This document shows, piece after piece, positions 27,768-36,940 of a stretch of DNA of 55,707 bases (its first letter is position 1; the number at the start of each line of letters is the position of its first letter). The notes below the pieces were generated by a model that worked only from the letters and a program-made list of their open reading frames with translations, made no database searches and had not been told where the DNA came from. The translations under genes and the position numbers were made by a program. Source of the DNA: Fibrobacteria bacterium (GTDB lineage Bacteria; Fibrobacterota; Chitinivibrionia; Chitinivibrionales; FEN-1185); assembly GCA_037447435.1 (NCBI GenBank), contig JBBIGR010000013.1:47162-102868 (forward strand), in the 5' to 3' direction.

Positions 27768-29972
27768 TTAAAAGTGCACGGAAAACCCGATTATAGGCAT
27801 GATGCCGAAGGGGGTGATTTCGGTGAATCCGTTGCCGTTGAATTTATATTCGAGTACAGGCTGATAATTAAACAGATTCAGTACTTCGATGCTCGATTCC
27901 ACGGTTATTCCCAACAGCTTCCGTGTTATACCGTATCGGACATTTGTGGAGCTTAAATATTGCAGCCGCTCTGCGAAATAGGGAATGCTATTATCGATGA
28001 CTGCGGATTTGCGGCCGATACAATCCTGTCGTACGGCTTGTGCGCAATACGGCCTGCCGCCGGATCCGCGAATGGAAATGGAAAAATTATTGTATTTCGC
28101 GAAAGTCGCTCCCAAAGATAGGGAATAGGTAAAGCCAACATTTGTCCAGTCATTATACCATTGCGCGTTTTCGAATCGGTTTTTAACATCGAATATCGAC
28201 AAGCCGATTGCATAAAAATACCATGACGATGGACTGTTTTTAAGCGAAAGCTCCGCACCGTATGCTTTTTTTATGCCGTCCTGTGTTTGCAAGGCTATAT
28301 CGCCGTTTTCGTCGGAATGGATGAAATCGGCATATTGAGGGGATAAGAAATGATATTCGCGATCGTACCATTTATAATACAGTCCTAATTGGAATTTAAC
28401 AGCTTTGGCAATGGTTTCTTCGTATCCTAACGATCCTTGATAACAACGAAGCGGCTGGGCTTGCTGCATGAGCATATCGATAGTTTTTTGAACCGAGTCG
28501 GCCGAAAGTGACGGAAGCGGCGATAAATAGCCGGACAAAATGCCCGGCAATTCATTTGGAAATTGATTATAAATACCTGCGCCTGCCGAAAGGGTTCCCA
28601 TTGCGCCCAGCAATACCCTTTGGAAAATACGCGGCGAAAATGTTGTTTTGTTAAGCAAGGCAAAATAATCGGCGCGAAAACCGATCGCATTTTGCCACTT
28701 GCCTATCGATACGGTGTGATCTAAATAAAATCCGAGTTCGGTCGCACTGAGCCGAACTGATTTGTTTACAGGCGATTGGGATATGGGAATCTTTACCGCC
28801 GAGTCGTTTTGGCAAACAATGCAAATGCCGTTTTTTTGCGTTTGGTCGGCAACGCCGAATTCGTATTTATTCTCATTTGCCCGAATGCCCGCAGACACGG
28901 TTTGGTTTTTCGTGATAGGAAGTATCGAACTGGTGTGAATCGTGTAATGCGAACGGGAATCTTTTTCGCCGCTGATGGGATTTTGGGCATAGCGATGGGT
29001 GAAGAATGTATCGGCGAAGTTTGCCAGACTGTCGTGCGCGTTCCATTGCCTGGTCGAATAAGATGCGACAATGGTATGTTCGGCATCGGGTGTCTTGTGA
29101 TGAAAACTGAAACCTATTCCTGCCTGTAAAAGCGTCTTGTTCTCATGCATGATGTTAGGAAACGTCGCGGTGGAATCCTGTTGGCTGAAATAATCGTATT
29201 TATACCGGTAGGTATTATACGACATGAGCCCGGTTGCCGACAGTACGGTATTCCTGTCTAAAAGGAACAATGCCTTGGCGAAACCGTCGCCAAGGGATGG
29301 TATACCTTGATTTTTAATAAAAGAGCGAAGCGAAGAAAAATCGATGTAGCGTCCGGCAAGCGCCACAGACCCATTTGTCCCCGAAAGCGGTCCCTCGGCG
29401 GATGCAGATCCGCCGGTCAAGGTAATGCCCGCATCTCCTTGCCATTGCAAAAACGATCCGCTGCGCATGGTGATGTCAACGACGGATGATAATTTTCCGG
29501 GGTATGAAACCGGAATGTCGGCCATGAAAAACCGGGCGTTTTTGATGAAATCGGCATTGAGGAACCCAACCGGCCCGCCGCAGCCGTCGGCGCTTGAAAA
29601 ATGGTTGATGTTTTCGAGCTCTATTCCGTCGACAAGAAAAATTATTTCCGACGGTCCTCCGCCGCGGACGTAAAGCGTGTTGTCGAAATTGTCTCCAAGG
29701 GAAGATACCACCGATGGCATCAAGGACAAAAAACGGCTTATGTCATTGGCGCTTCCTGCAGTCGCCTTGATCGTTTTGCCTGAAAAGGATTGCGAACCAA
29801 GACTGCGAATGTCCTGCTTTTGCTTGCCCGCGTTTCCCACGACAATGAGTTTGTCGACAGTGTCTGGTTTTGTCGGCAGCGTCCCGAGCGAGTCCGGTTC
29901 TCCGTAGATAATGAATGAAAGGCAAAAAAGGTGGACAAAAGAACTACCTACGATATGGTGAAATGTCAACAT
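27768..29972 (-). CDS. TonB-dependent receptor-like outer-membrane protein
   Basis: Plug motifs LYVRGG...LVDGIE..NINHF and LSSVVDI; NLFN; C-terminal GFSVHF; AGGAG SD. Confidence 0.85.
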   Translation of the reverse strand: MLTFHHIVGSSFVHLFCLSFIIYGEPDSLGTLPTKPDTVDKLIVVGNAGKQKQDIRSLGSQSFSGKTIKATAGSANDISRFLSLMPSVVSSLGDNFDNTLYVRGGGPSEIIFLVDGIELENINHFSSADGCGGPVGFLNADFIKNARFFMADIPVSYPGKLSSVVDITMRSGSFLQWQGDAGITLTGGSASAEGPLSGTNGSVALAGRYIDFSSLRSFIKNQGIPSLGDGFAKALFLLDRNTVLSATGLMSYNTYRYKYDYFSQQDSTATFPNIMHENKTLLQAGIGFSFHHKTPDAEHTIVASYSTRQWNAHDSLANFADTFFTHRYAQNPISGEKDSRSHYTIHTSSILPITKNQTVSAGIRANENKYEFGVADQTQKNGICIVCQNDSAVKIPISQSPVNKSVRLSATELGFYLDHTVSIGKWQNAIGFRADYFALLNKTTFSPRIFQRVLLGAMGTLSAGAGIYNQFPNELPGILSGYLSPLPSLSADSVQKTIDMLMQQAQPLRCYQGSLGYEETIAKAVKFQLGLYYKWYDREYHFLSPQYADFIHSDENGDIALQTQDGIKKAYGAELSLKNSPSSWYFYAIGLSIFDVKNRFENAQWYNDWTNVGFTYSLSLGATFAKYNNFSISIRGSGGRPYCAQAVRQDCIGRKSAVIDNSIPYFAERLQYLSSTNVRYGITRKLLGITVESSIEVLNLFNYQPVLEYKFNGNGFTEITPFGIMPIIGFSVHF

Positions 29973-30011
29973 ACGCAGTCTCCTGCAGCGTGGTCTTGGG
30001 CCATAGCTTTC

Positions 30012-30203
30012 TTATTGGTAATATACGTACGAGCCTGTTTTAGCCGGAGGATTCGGTATGTCAAAGTGTTTTCTGTCAGAAAACACCCCTCTTTGGTTTA
30101 TTATATAAAAAGCAATCATTAAAACAGGGATAGCGAGCGGCCAATAATTGAAGCAGTCGGGAATGGACTTGGAAAACAAGCCTGGTTTTTTTTGTATGGC
30201 CAA
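30012..30203 (-). CDS. Possible small single-TM protein
   Basis: One hydrophobic segment (WPLAIPVLMIAFYII); co-oriented just upstream of the TonB receptor. Confidence 0.3.
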   Translation of the reverse strand: MAIQKKPGLFSKSIPDCFNYWPLAIPVLMIAFYIINQRGVFSDRKHFDIPNPPAKTGSYVYYQ

Positions 30204-30296
30204 TTAGGTATATTTTAATAGTAGGTAGAGACGTTGCATGCAAGGATTCCACGATAAACATTGATACGATGGAAATGTCCCAAACCAGGAGGTGTC

Positions 30297-30734
30297 ATGA
30301 TTAAAGCAACTGTTTGTGCGGCGGTTTTGTGCTTGGCAATGATGAGTTGTTCCCCGCGGCCCCCCCTTGCCCAGGACACGGGCAAAGGGACTATTGTCGT
30401 GCTTTGCGGAAATTCTTTGATAGATACGAATGCCGTGATCGGTCTTACCTGCAACGGCAGGGTCGTTGCGAATTTGACCACGCAAAGTTATTGCGAATTC
30501 GAGATGCTTGACGGCATGTACTCATTGCAGGCGGGCAGCGGCGATCCGGCGCAAACCACTGTTCCTTTAAAGGTCGATGTCAATGTCGCATCGGGCGGTA
30601 TCAAATATTTCGACATTGTGCCGCAGGATTTTGGTGTCGCTCCCGGCATCTATACGCTCAAAGAAATTTCCGGCACAAATGCCTCGGTCCGTATGAGCAA
30701 AATGAAAAAAATTTCAATAGATTCCAAACGCTAA
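30297..30734 (+). CDS. Lipoprotein (DUF2846-like)
   Basis: AGGAGG SD; lipobox MMSC; small beta-sandwich pattern. Confidence 0.7.
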   Translation: MIKATVCAAVLCLAMMSCSPRPPLAQDTGKGTIVVLCGNSLIDTNAVIGLTCNGRVVANLTTQSYCEFEMLDGMYSLQAGSGDPAQTTVPLKVDVNVASGGIKYFDIVPQDFGVAPGIYTLKEISGTNASVRMSKMKKISIDSKR

Positions 30735-30742
30735 TTATCCCC

Positions 30743-30778
30743 AAATGCCCGGATACATGAACCCCGGGCATTTTTTTT
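30743..30778 (+). terminator. Intrinsic terminator
   Basis: AAATGCCCGG...CCGGGCATTT followed by a T-run. Confidence 0.8.
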
Positions 30779-30806
30779 GACTCCGTTTTCTCCGTATTAA
30801 GCACAA

Positions 30807-30833
30807 TCAAGCCCACTGTTTCCCTACCGAATT
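30807..30833 (+). promoter_or_regulatory. sigma28 (FliA)-like promoter
   Basis: TCAA-N15-ACCGAATT versus consensus TAAA-N15-GCCGATAA. Confidence 0.55.
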
Positions 30834-30966
30834 ATAAGGTAGATCGTTTCTACCGTGATGCGGTGAATCGGAACCGTTTCCGTTTGAAAGGAGGATTTAT
30901 GAGGCGGCCTTTTCATAGGTAGACGGTGTAATGCATCATCAATACATAAAACCATTGGAGGAACTT

Positions 30967-31713
30967 ATGACTATGAACGTCGGAAACGTGGGCGGTTTTG
31001 ATCCCACCAAAATTTATCAAAAACTTTTTTCGAAAATTGATTCGGACGGAAACAGCAAAATCGATAAAACTGAATTCAAGGCAGCGGTTTCGTCCATGAG
31101 CAAATCGACAGGCTCGGACAGCGATATCGACGCGATGTATTCGAAACTGGATACCAGCGGCGACGGATCCGTCGATGAAAAAGAAATGCTTGCCGCATTG
31201 AAATCCATGGGAGCAGCCAAGCATGCGCAAATGCAGCAGGCCGGTACTATGCCCCCGCCGCCGCCCCCGGACGAGTCGTCGGACAGCCAGTCGCTTACCG
31301 ACGATCAAAAGGCGACCGTGGATTCGATACTTTCCAAGTACGATTCGAGCAATTTGACCAAAGACAATGTGGATGCGATCAACAAATCGATAAAAGACGC
31401 TGGAATAAGTTTTGGGAAATCGCTCGGTGATGAAATCGAATCGCAGGGATTTTCTATTAAAACCATGATGAGTTTGTCCGGACCGCCGGATGGTTCCGGG
31501 ACTAAAACGTCGGGCACGACGGAGCAGGATAAAATGTTTTCCGATTTGTTGAGTTATCTGTCGAATTCGACGAGCAGCAGCGATTCAAGCGGGATTTCGT
31601 CTATGTTCAATGATTTGATGGACAGTTTGACGTCGAGCACCAATTACAGCGCATCGGGAAGCTCGAGCCTGTTTTCGAGTGCGACGCTCAATTCTCTTTC
31701 CAGGTATGCATAA
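30967..31713 (+). CDS. EF-hand Ca-binding protein, Ser/Pro-rich, no signal peptide
   Basis: Loops DSDGNSKIDKTE and DTSGDGSVDEKE; PPPPPP linker; GGAGG SD. Confidence 0.85.
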   Translation: MTMNVGNVGGFDPTKIYQKLFSKIDSDGNSKIDKTEFKAAVSSMSKSTGSDSDIDAMYSKLDTSGDGSVDEKEMLAALKSMGAAKHAQMQQAGTMPPPPPPDESSDSQSLTDDQKATVDSILSKYDSSNLTKDNVDAINKSIKDAGISFGKSLGDEIESQGFSIKTMMSLSGPPDGSGTKTSGTTEQDKMFSDLLSYLSNSTSSSDSSGISSMFNDLMDSLTSSTNYSASGSSSLFSSATLNSLSRYA

Positions 31714-31844
31714 AAGGGATATAAAAAAAGGACAAGGACGTCCTTTGCCTGCGCAGGCTATGAGCGCATTTCGGTATGATCGTTCAAATGATTGAAAATC
31801 AAGTCGGGAAATGCGCTTGTTTCCGCCAGGTCTTGAGTGGATTG

Positions 31845-32147
31845 CTAATACTTGTTTTGAAAAGAGCGTTTGACGATATTACGTAAATGAAACACGGTCT
31901 CTTTGACCGTTTGCAGCTCCTGTTTCAAGGATTCAAATTCGCTAATATCAATAGCAGCGCCGGATTTCGGACCATCGTCGATCTCAGCCCCGTCCCCGAA
32001 CAATTTTTTCCATTTTTGCAAATTACTTCGATCTACGCCCACCGATTTTGCAAAAACCGACGTCGGTTGACCGCTTTGCGCAAGCTGTCTGAGCGTTTCA
32101 CGTTTAAATTCGGGATCGTATTTTTTCCGTTGCCTTGGGTTTTCCAT
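31845..32147 (-). CDS. Solo IS3 OrfA-like helix-turn-helix protein (HTH_Tnp_1)
   Basis: RKKYDPEFKRE...AKSVGV.RSNLQKWKK plus a leucine-zipper-like tail; no OrfB follows. Confidence 0.75.
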   Translation of the reverse strand: MENPRQRKKYDPEFKRETLRQLAQSGQPTSVFAKSVGVDRSNLQKWKKLFGDGAEIDDGPKSGAAIDISEFESLKQELQTVKETVFHLRNIVKRSFQNKY

Positions 32148-32169
32148 AAGTGTTTTTCTCTTTTGGTGA

Positions 32170-32712
32170 TCAATCCGATTCCTTATCGGAGAACGATGAA
32201 AATTGACGTTCGGTAATGCTGCTGTCGCAAAATAACGGACTCGTGTATCCTGCACTCGCCTCCGAAAGCCCTGCTCCCCCGTTTTCGACCGAAGCGATTG
32301 TGGAATATTGGGCATGGACGATGTTGCCCGCCAGTTCTTCGTAATAAACCATTGAGCCGAGAGGCGTGTCGAAAAGAGACGACTCTTCGCGTGAAACCAT
32401 GAGATTGAAAGCATGCTTTGGCGGGGCAAAAACATTGACAATTATAACGGCGAGCAACACAAGTGCAACGGCAGTGCCTGATAGGCGCCACAACGGAATC
32501 GGAAATGCGTTTCGTACCTTTTTCACCGCCGCAAATCGCCGGGTTGTTTTCGCGGAAATCAGAACTGTATGCAATTTTTGGTATTGAGACAACACCGCTT
32601 TGCATCCCGGACATGCTTCCAGATGCCGCTTCGTTTCAGCATATTCGCATTCGTCCATGTCCCCGTCGATGAATCGGCTGATCACCAGCTTGGTGCACTG
32701 TTTGTTTTTCAT
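32170..32712 (-). CDS. Zinc-binding (zf-HC2) transmembrane anti-sigma factor
   Basis: ISRFIDGD...HLEACPGC; one TM; ATGA overlap with the sigma gene. Confidence 0.88.
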   Translation of the reverse strand: MKNKQCTKLVISRFIDGDMDECEYAETKRHLEACPGCKAVLSQYQKLHTVLISAKTTRRFAAVKKVRNAFPIPLWRLSGTAVALVLLAVIIVNVFAPPKHAFNLMVSREESSLFDTPLGSMVYYEELAGNIVHAQYSTIASVENGGAGLSEASAGYTSPLFCDSSITERQFSSFSDKESD

Positions 32713-33230
32713 GAGAATTTTCCTGTTTTTACCAGCAATGTGCGCAATTTTTCCCTTGCCCTGAATATTCGGATTCGAACGACGTCGAGCGAGAGGTTTA
32801 ATATTTCGGCAATCTCGTGATACGACAACCCTTCCATTTCCACCAGTTCCAAAGGGATTCTTTCCTTGTCGCGCAAGGCCTTCAAAGCGGCGCGCACGAG
32901 TTCGGTATGTTCAAATTCCTTAGTGTCTTGTCGGGCGTTTTCGCGGATTTCTTCCGCAAAGTCCTTTTGTAAACGCCAAAAACGGTTTAGCCTTCGTTTG
33001 ATATCGATACTTTTATTTATGACAATCCGGTATAAATACGTTTTTACCGATGCCGTCCCTGCGTATCCTCCCGGATTGTTCAAAACCGAAACATAGGCAT
33101 CTTGCACGGCGTCTTTTGCAGTTTCGGAATTATTGGTAATGCGGAACGCGACAGCCTCAAGCGAATCCTGGTAATCCGCAAGTATAGACGCGATTTCGTT
33201 TTTTAATTCCGAAGGGGCGATTGCGTTCAG
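32709..33230 (-). CDS. ECF sigma factor (probable CTG start)
   Basis: Region 2 (AFRITNN..AKDAVQDAY..TYLYRIVIN) and region 4 (EGLSYHEIAEIL..RIFRAR); TAAGGA SD 7 nt before CTG 33230. Confidence 0.9.
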   Translation of the reverse strand: MNAIAPSELKNEIASILADYQDSLEAVAFRITNNSETAKDAVQDAYVSVLNNPGGYAGTASVKTYLYRIVINKSIDIKRRLNRFWRLQKDFAEEIRENARQDTKEFEHTELVRAALKALRDKERIPLELVEMEGLSYHEIAEILNLSLDVVRIRIFRAREKLRTLLVKTGKFS

Positions 33231-33276
33231 ATAAAAGTCCTTAGTTTGTTAGATAAAAGGAACTGCTGCAACAAGA

Positions 33277-33840
33277 CTATTTTTGTTTTTGCCCGCCGTG
33301 TTTGTTTTGGTCGTCGGAATTCTTTTTATCCCCAATCCCCTGCATTTGATTTCGTATCCGTTTCATAATTAACGCTTTCCACCGATCGTATTCTTCTTGC
33401 GTCAACAATGCTTTTATGTCGCAATCCCTTTTGATTTGGGCGAATTCCAATTCCCCGATGATTTGTGTTTTCCTTGCGATTATCGATTGAATTGCCGGAA
33501 AATCCGGCTTGTCCTTTAACAATTCTTCTTTAATGTTTAATTCCTCTTTTTGGATTTTTAAAACCCGCTCTTCCAATGCTGTTGAAAATGCCCGCGCAAT
33601 CGTCATTATTTTGGATGAGGTGGCTTTTTCGATATTCAATTCCGTAAGCAAAGAGGCAAGATCCGCCATGTTCAGAAGCATTGGGGATGGTCCATGTCCG
33701 GGACCTTGTAAAAGCATTCCGTCGGGCGAGCATCCCGGCGGCGGTGGCATTTTTCCCGCTCCATCGTGAGGGAGAAATTGAGAAAAAACCGTGGCAGTCA
33801 GAAAAATGATAAAAAAGCCCAATCGATATGTTTTACCCAT
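33277..33840 (-). CDS. Spy/CpxP/ZraP-like periplasmic helical protein
   Basis: Signal peptide; P/G/M-rich linker; LLKDKPD..AI; LLTQEE (LTxxQ-like). Confidence 0.75.
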   Translation of the reverse strand: MGKTYRLGFFIIFLTATVFSQFLPHDGAGKMPPPPGCSPDGMLLQGPGHGPSPMLLNMADLASLLTELNIEKATSSKIMTIARAFSTALEERVLKIQKEELNIKEELLKDKPDFPAIQSIIARKTQIIGELEFAQIKRDCDIKALLTQEEYDRWKALIMKRIRNQMQGIGDKKNSDDQNKHGGQKQK

Positions 33841-33886
33841 CAATAAATCCTTTCAATAAGTTGATGTGTTTCTCAATACTGCACAT

Positions 33887-33914
33887 TTGACGTTCGAACC
33901 AAAAAAAAGTTACA
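33887..33914 (-). promoter_or_regulatory. ECF-type promoter (likely autoregulatory)
   Basis: Minus strand TGTAAC-N16-CGTCAA upstream of the Spy-ECF-anti-sigma operon. Confidence 0.7.
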
Positions 33915-34083
33915 CAAATAATTGGGGGGTTGTATTATAAAAGATGAGATACGCTTTATTTATGTCAATGTCGAAATTTCGCAAGCCGTCGTATGCGTCA
34001 CACCCGTTGATACGGAGTTTGCCAAAGACTGCTTTGTGGTAAGGATACTCGTCAGTCGGGTGTGGGCAGCTATTTGTGTCGGA

Positions 34084-35682
34084 TTAAATTCCCTTAATTT
34101 TTATTACAAGCATCACGAACGCGGAAGTAACAATGGTAAGAAGCAGGGAAAAAACAAAGGCGACCCGGATCACTTTGTTTTCCTCACCGATTTTATCGAT
34201 GGACGCTGCGGCGTTTTGCAATTTTGCCGGGGAAATCACGCTTGCCAAGCCGCCGCCGAAAGCCAATGCCGCAGTAATAAGAATGAGACCATCGACAGGC
34301 ATGCCGAGTTTTTTCGATGTGGTAAGCGTATATTTTGCAAACATGGCAATGGTCGAGGCTTCGCTGCCGGTGATGAATCCGCCGAAAAGCCCGATGAACG
34401 CAACCACTCCGCCGTAGGCATTGTGGAAAAACTGTGCGGAATATTCCGCAAGCACCTTGACCATGCTCGGGACGACGAATTGTTTGGCAGCGATATTATA
34501 GCCTGCCATGTTCATGATTTCGCCGATGGAAAAGAAAATGGCTGCGGCGAACACGGGACGAGGCGCGCGCTTAAACCAAACAACGAGCGTATCTTTGATT
34601 TGCGCGCCGGACGGCTTTAAGAACGGTATTGACAAAAGAATGCTTACGAAAATCCACGTATATGCCTGCCAGAGCGCACGGGTGTCGAGCGGTTTGCCGT
34701 CGGCGCAGAGACCGGTTATGGGCAGCTTGAGCGTCCGGTACAGATAATTGAATATGTCTTTGGGAATATTGAGCGCAAGGATGCAAACGATAAGCAAAAC
34801 CCACGGCATAAGCGCTTTCCATAGCGGATATTGCTTTTCGTACTCAAGGTCCTGAGCCGAGAGTTTGCTTTTGTCTATTATCTTTTTGCCTGTAAGCGCC
34901 AGGTACGCGGCCATGACGATAATGACGGCTGTGCCGCATAAAATGCCGGTAAGCACCACCATGTTGTCGTATTGGTTAGTAAAATACGACACGATGCCGA
35001 TTACCCCGCCGGTGATGAGACAGGGAAGCCATCCTTGTTTTATCGCCTGTGCTTTGCCCACAATCCAGAGCATGCAGAATCCGATAAGCGTGGAAACGAC
35101 CGGAAGGAACATGAAGAAAATCATGCCTGCCTGATGCAAACTTATTTCATTGCCTTTGCCGAGGAAACTGTTGGCGATATCGACAAATACGACAATGGGC
35201 GCGCCGAGGAGCGCATACGTGCATAACGAATCGTATCCGATCGCCGGCAAAGCTATGGCCACATAGGTGGAATATCCCATTGCAATGAGAATCGGCGGCA
35301 ACAGCGACACCGGTGTCGCGCCGACCGCAACCATGAGCGTGCCGAAGCCGATATTGATCATCATGATCTGCACTGCCCGGTTATCGCTTGCTATTGTTTT
35401 AATCATGATAATGATACGTTTGAGCGCACCTGTTTTTTCGAGAAACGCCATTTGCAGAAGCGACGTCGCCACGATGAGCGAAACTGAAAAAGAACGGATC
35501 AGCCCGGCAACGGTCGAACGGAAAATCACGTCAAGCGACGTTTGAAAGAAAAAGTATGCGATTATCGAAATGACAAGCCAACCCGCAATACCGCTGATGT
35601 CCGCGGCTTTTTTAAATCCGATAAGCATGATGAGAATCACCGCTATGGGCAATATCGTGAGAACCAAATGCAGTATGGACAT
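34084..35682 (-). CDS. lctP: L-lactate permease family transporter
   Basis: Polytopic membrane protein; GLFGGFITGSEAS and GGGLASVISPAKLQNAAA motifs; AGGAG SD. Confidence 0.85.
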   Translation of the reverse strand: MSILHLVLTILPIAVILIMLIGFKKAADISGIAGWLVISIIAYFFFQTSLDVIFRSTVAGLIRSFSVSLIVATSLLQMAFLEKTGALKRIIIMIKTIASDNRAVQIMMINIGFGTLMVAVGATPVSLLPPILIAMGYSTYVAIALPAIGYDSLCTYALLGAPIVVFVDIANSFLGKGNEISLHQAGMIFFMFLPVVSTLIGFCMLWIVGKAQAIKQGWLPCLITGGVIGIVSYFTNQYDNMVVLTGILCGTAVIIVMAAYLALTGKKIIDKSKLSAQDLEYEKQYPLWKALMPWVLLIVCILALNIPKDIFNYLYRTLKLPITGLCADGKPLDTRALWQAYTWIFVSILLSIPFLKPSGAQIKDTLVVWFKRAPRPVFAAAIFFSIGEIMNMAGYNIAAKQFVVPSMVKVLAEYSAQFFHNAYGGVVAFIGLFGGFITGSEASTIAMFAKYTLTTSKKLGMPVDGLILITAALAFGGGLASVISPAKLQNAAASIDKIGEENKVIRVAFVFSLLLTIVTSAFVMLVIKIKGI

Positions 35683-35902
35683 GAAGACTCCTTTTTATTA
35701 AGATTACCTGAGTATAAAATGTGGCATTGTGTGAAGGCAATGAAATTCCCTAAAGAAAAGTTTGTTTGTGAAAAAAGGAGCGTAATCCCGGTGCCGTTGC
35801 ATGATGCAATAGTTGTGAAAACCCCGGGATTTTTTAACTGCTCCCCATTTGAGGTTTGTCATCTTGCCGCGGCAATACCCGGCATAGTATTATTGTTTTA
35901 TA

Positions 35903-36940
35903 ATGAACCCATTACAATTACCGCTCACCATATGCGGAAACGTGTTCAAGCGCCGCTGCCGCCATCTGATATTGCATGTGACCAATCGATGCGATTTTAG
36001 ATGCAGCCATTGCTTTGTCGATATGGCCGAAACAGCGGAACTTTCAATTGAATGGTGCAAATCCATAGCGAAAGACTGCAAAGGACTTTTTTGGCTCGAT
36101 ATCGGCGGCGGAGAGCCCTTTTTGCATAATGATCTGAGCGCTATCGTTTCCTTATTCGATGCCAAAGTCGTCATGATTCCGACAAACGGCTATGCGACCG
36201 ACAGAATCGTTGATGCGACCGCCGAAATACTGAACAAAAGCAATGCGGACATCGGTATTTCGATAAGTTTGGAAGGGTTTAAAGGAATCAATGATCGATT
36301 ACGGAGGCCGGGGAGTTTTGACGCGGCATGGAATACTTTTGAAAAACTCAAATCCCGTTTCAATATTCCGGTTAAAATCAACACCGTGCTTTCTACGGAG
36401 AACGAAAACGAAATCATTGATTTCATGGAATTGGTGCGAAAGCGTAAACCCGACTTCCATTCCGTCATTTTGTTGCGCGGCAATACCGCCGATCCTCGCG
36501 TTTGCCTGCCCGATCTTGTAACGCTGCAGGACCTTATTCCGAAAATCGTTTCGATACAGGCGACCTACGGTTACGGCCAAAAAGCGTTTATGGCTGCGGG
36601 GCTACGGCTCTATCACCGTCTCATGTGGCAACTGTCGTATGAAACGCTTGCCAAGAAAAAACAGGCCATTTCATGCGCGGGCGGAGCCGCGCATGCGGTG
36701 GTGTATGCAAACGGCTCGGTTGCTCCCTGCGAAATACTCGGACCGGTCGGTTCGCTTGACAATGCGTCTTTCCTCGACATTACCGCCTCGGCCCAGTGGA
36801 AAAGGAAACGAGAATCAATAGGCAGAAAAGAATGCTATTGCACGCACAATTGTGCAATGCTGGACAGCATCGTGTTCAATCCGTTGGGAGCCGCCGCACG
36901 CATCGTGACAATGCCGTCGAGCCGGGGAGCCGCGGCATGA
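35903..36940 (+). CDS. Radical SAM protein with SPASM/twitch domain
   Basis: CDFRCSHC, GGGEPF and TNG motifs; C-terminal CAGG...PCE...CYCTHNC. Confidence 0.92.
   Translation: MNPLQLPLTICGNVFKRRCRHLILHVTNRCDFRCSHCFVDMAETAELSIEWCKSIAKDCKGLFWLDIGGGEPFLHNDLSAIVSLFDAKVVMIPTNGYATDRIVDATAEILNKSNADIGISISLEGFKGINDRLRRPGSFDAAWNTFEKLKSRFNIPVKINTVLSTENENEIIDFMELVRKRKPDFHSVILLRGNTADPRVCLPDLVTLQDLIPKIVSIQATYGYGQKAFMAAGLRLYHRLMWQLSYETLAKKKQAISCAGGAAHAVVYANGSVAPCEILGPVGSLDNASFLDITASAQWKRKRESIGRKECYCTHNCAMLDSIVFNPLGAAARIVTMPSSRGAAA

Noticed and set aside
31845..32441. Complete IS3 element / 198-aa ORF
   Set aside because: No OrfB or inverted repeats seen; the upstream extension overlaps the anti-sigma gene, so the start was set at 32147
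33922..34620. 232-aa plus-strand ORF
   Set aside because: Antisense shadow of the lactate permease; no recognisable motifs
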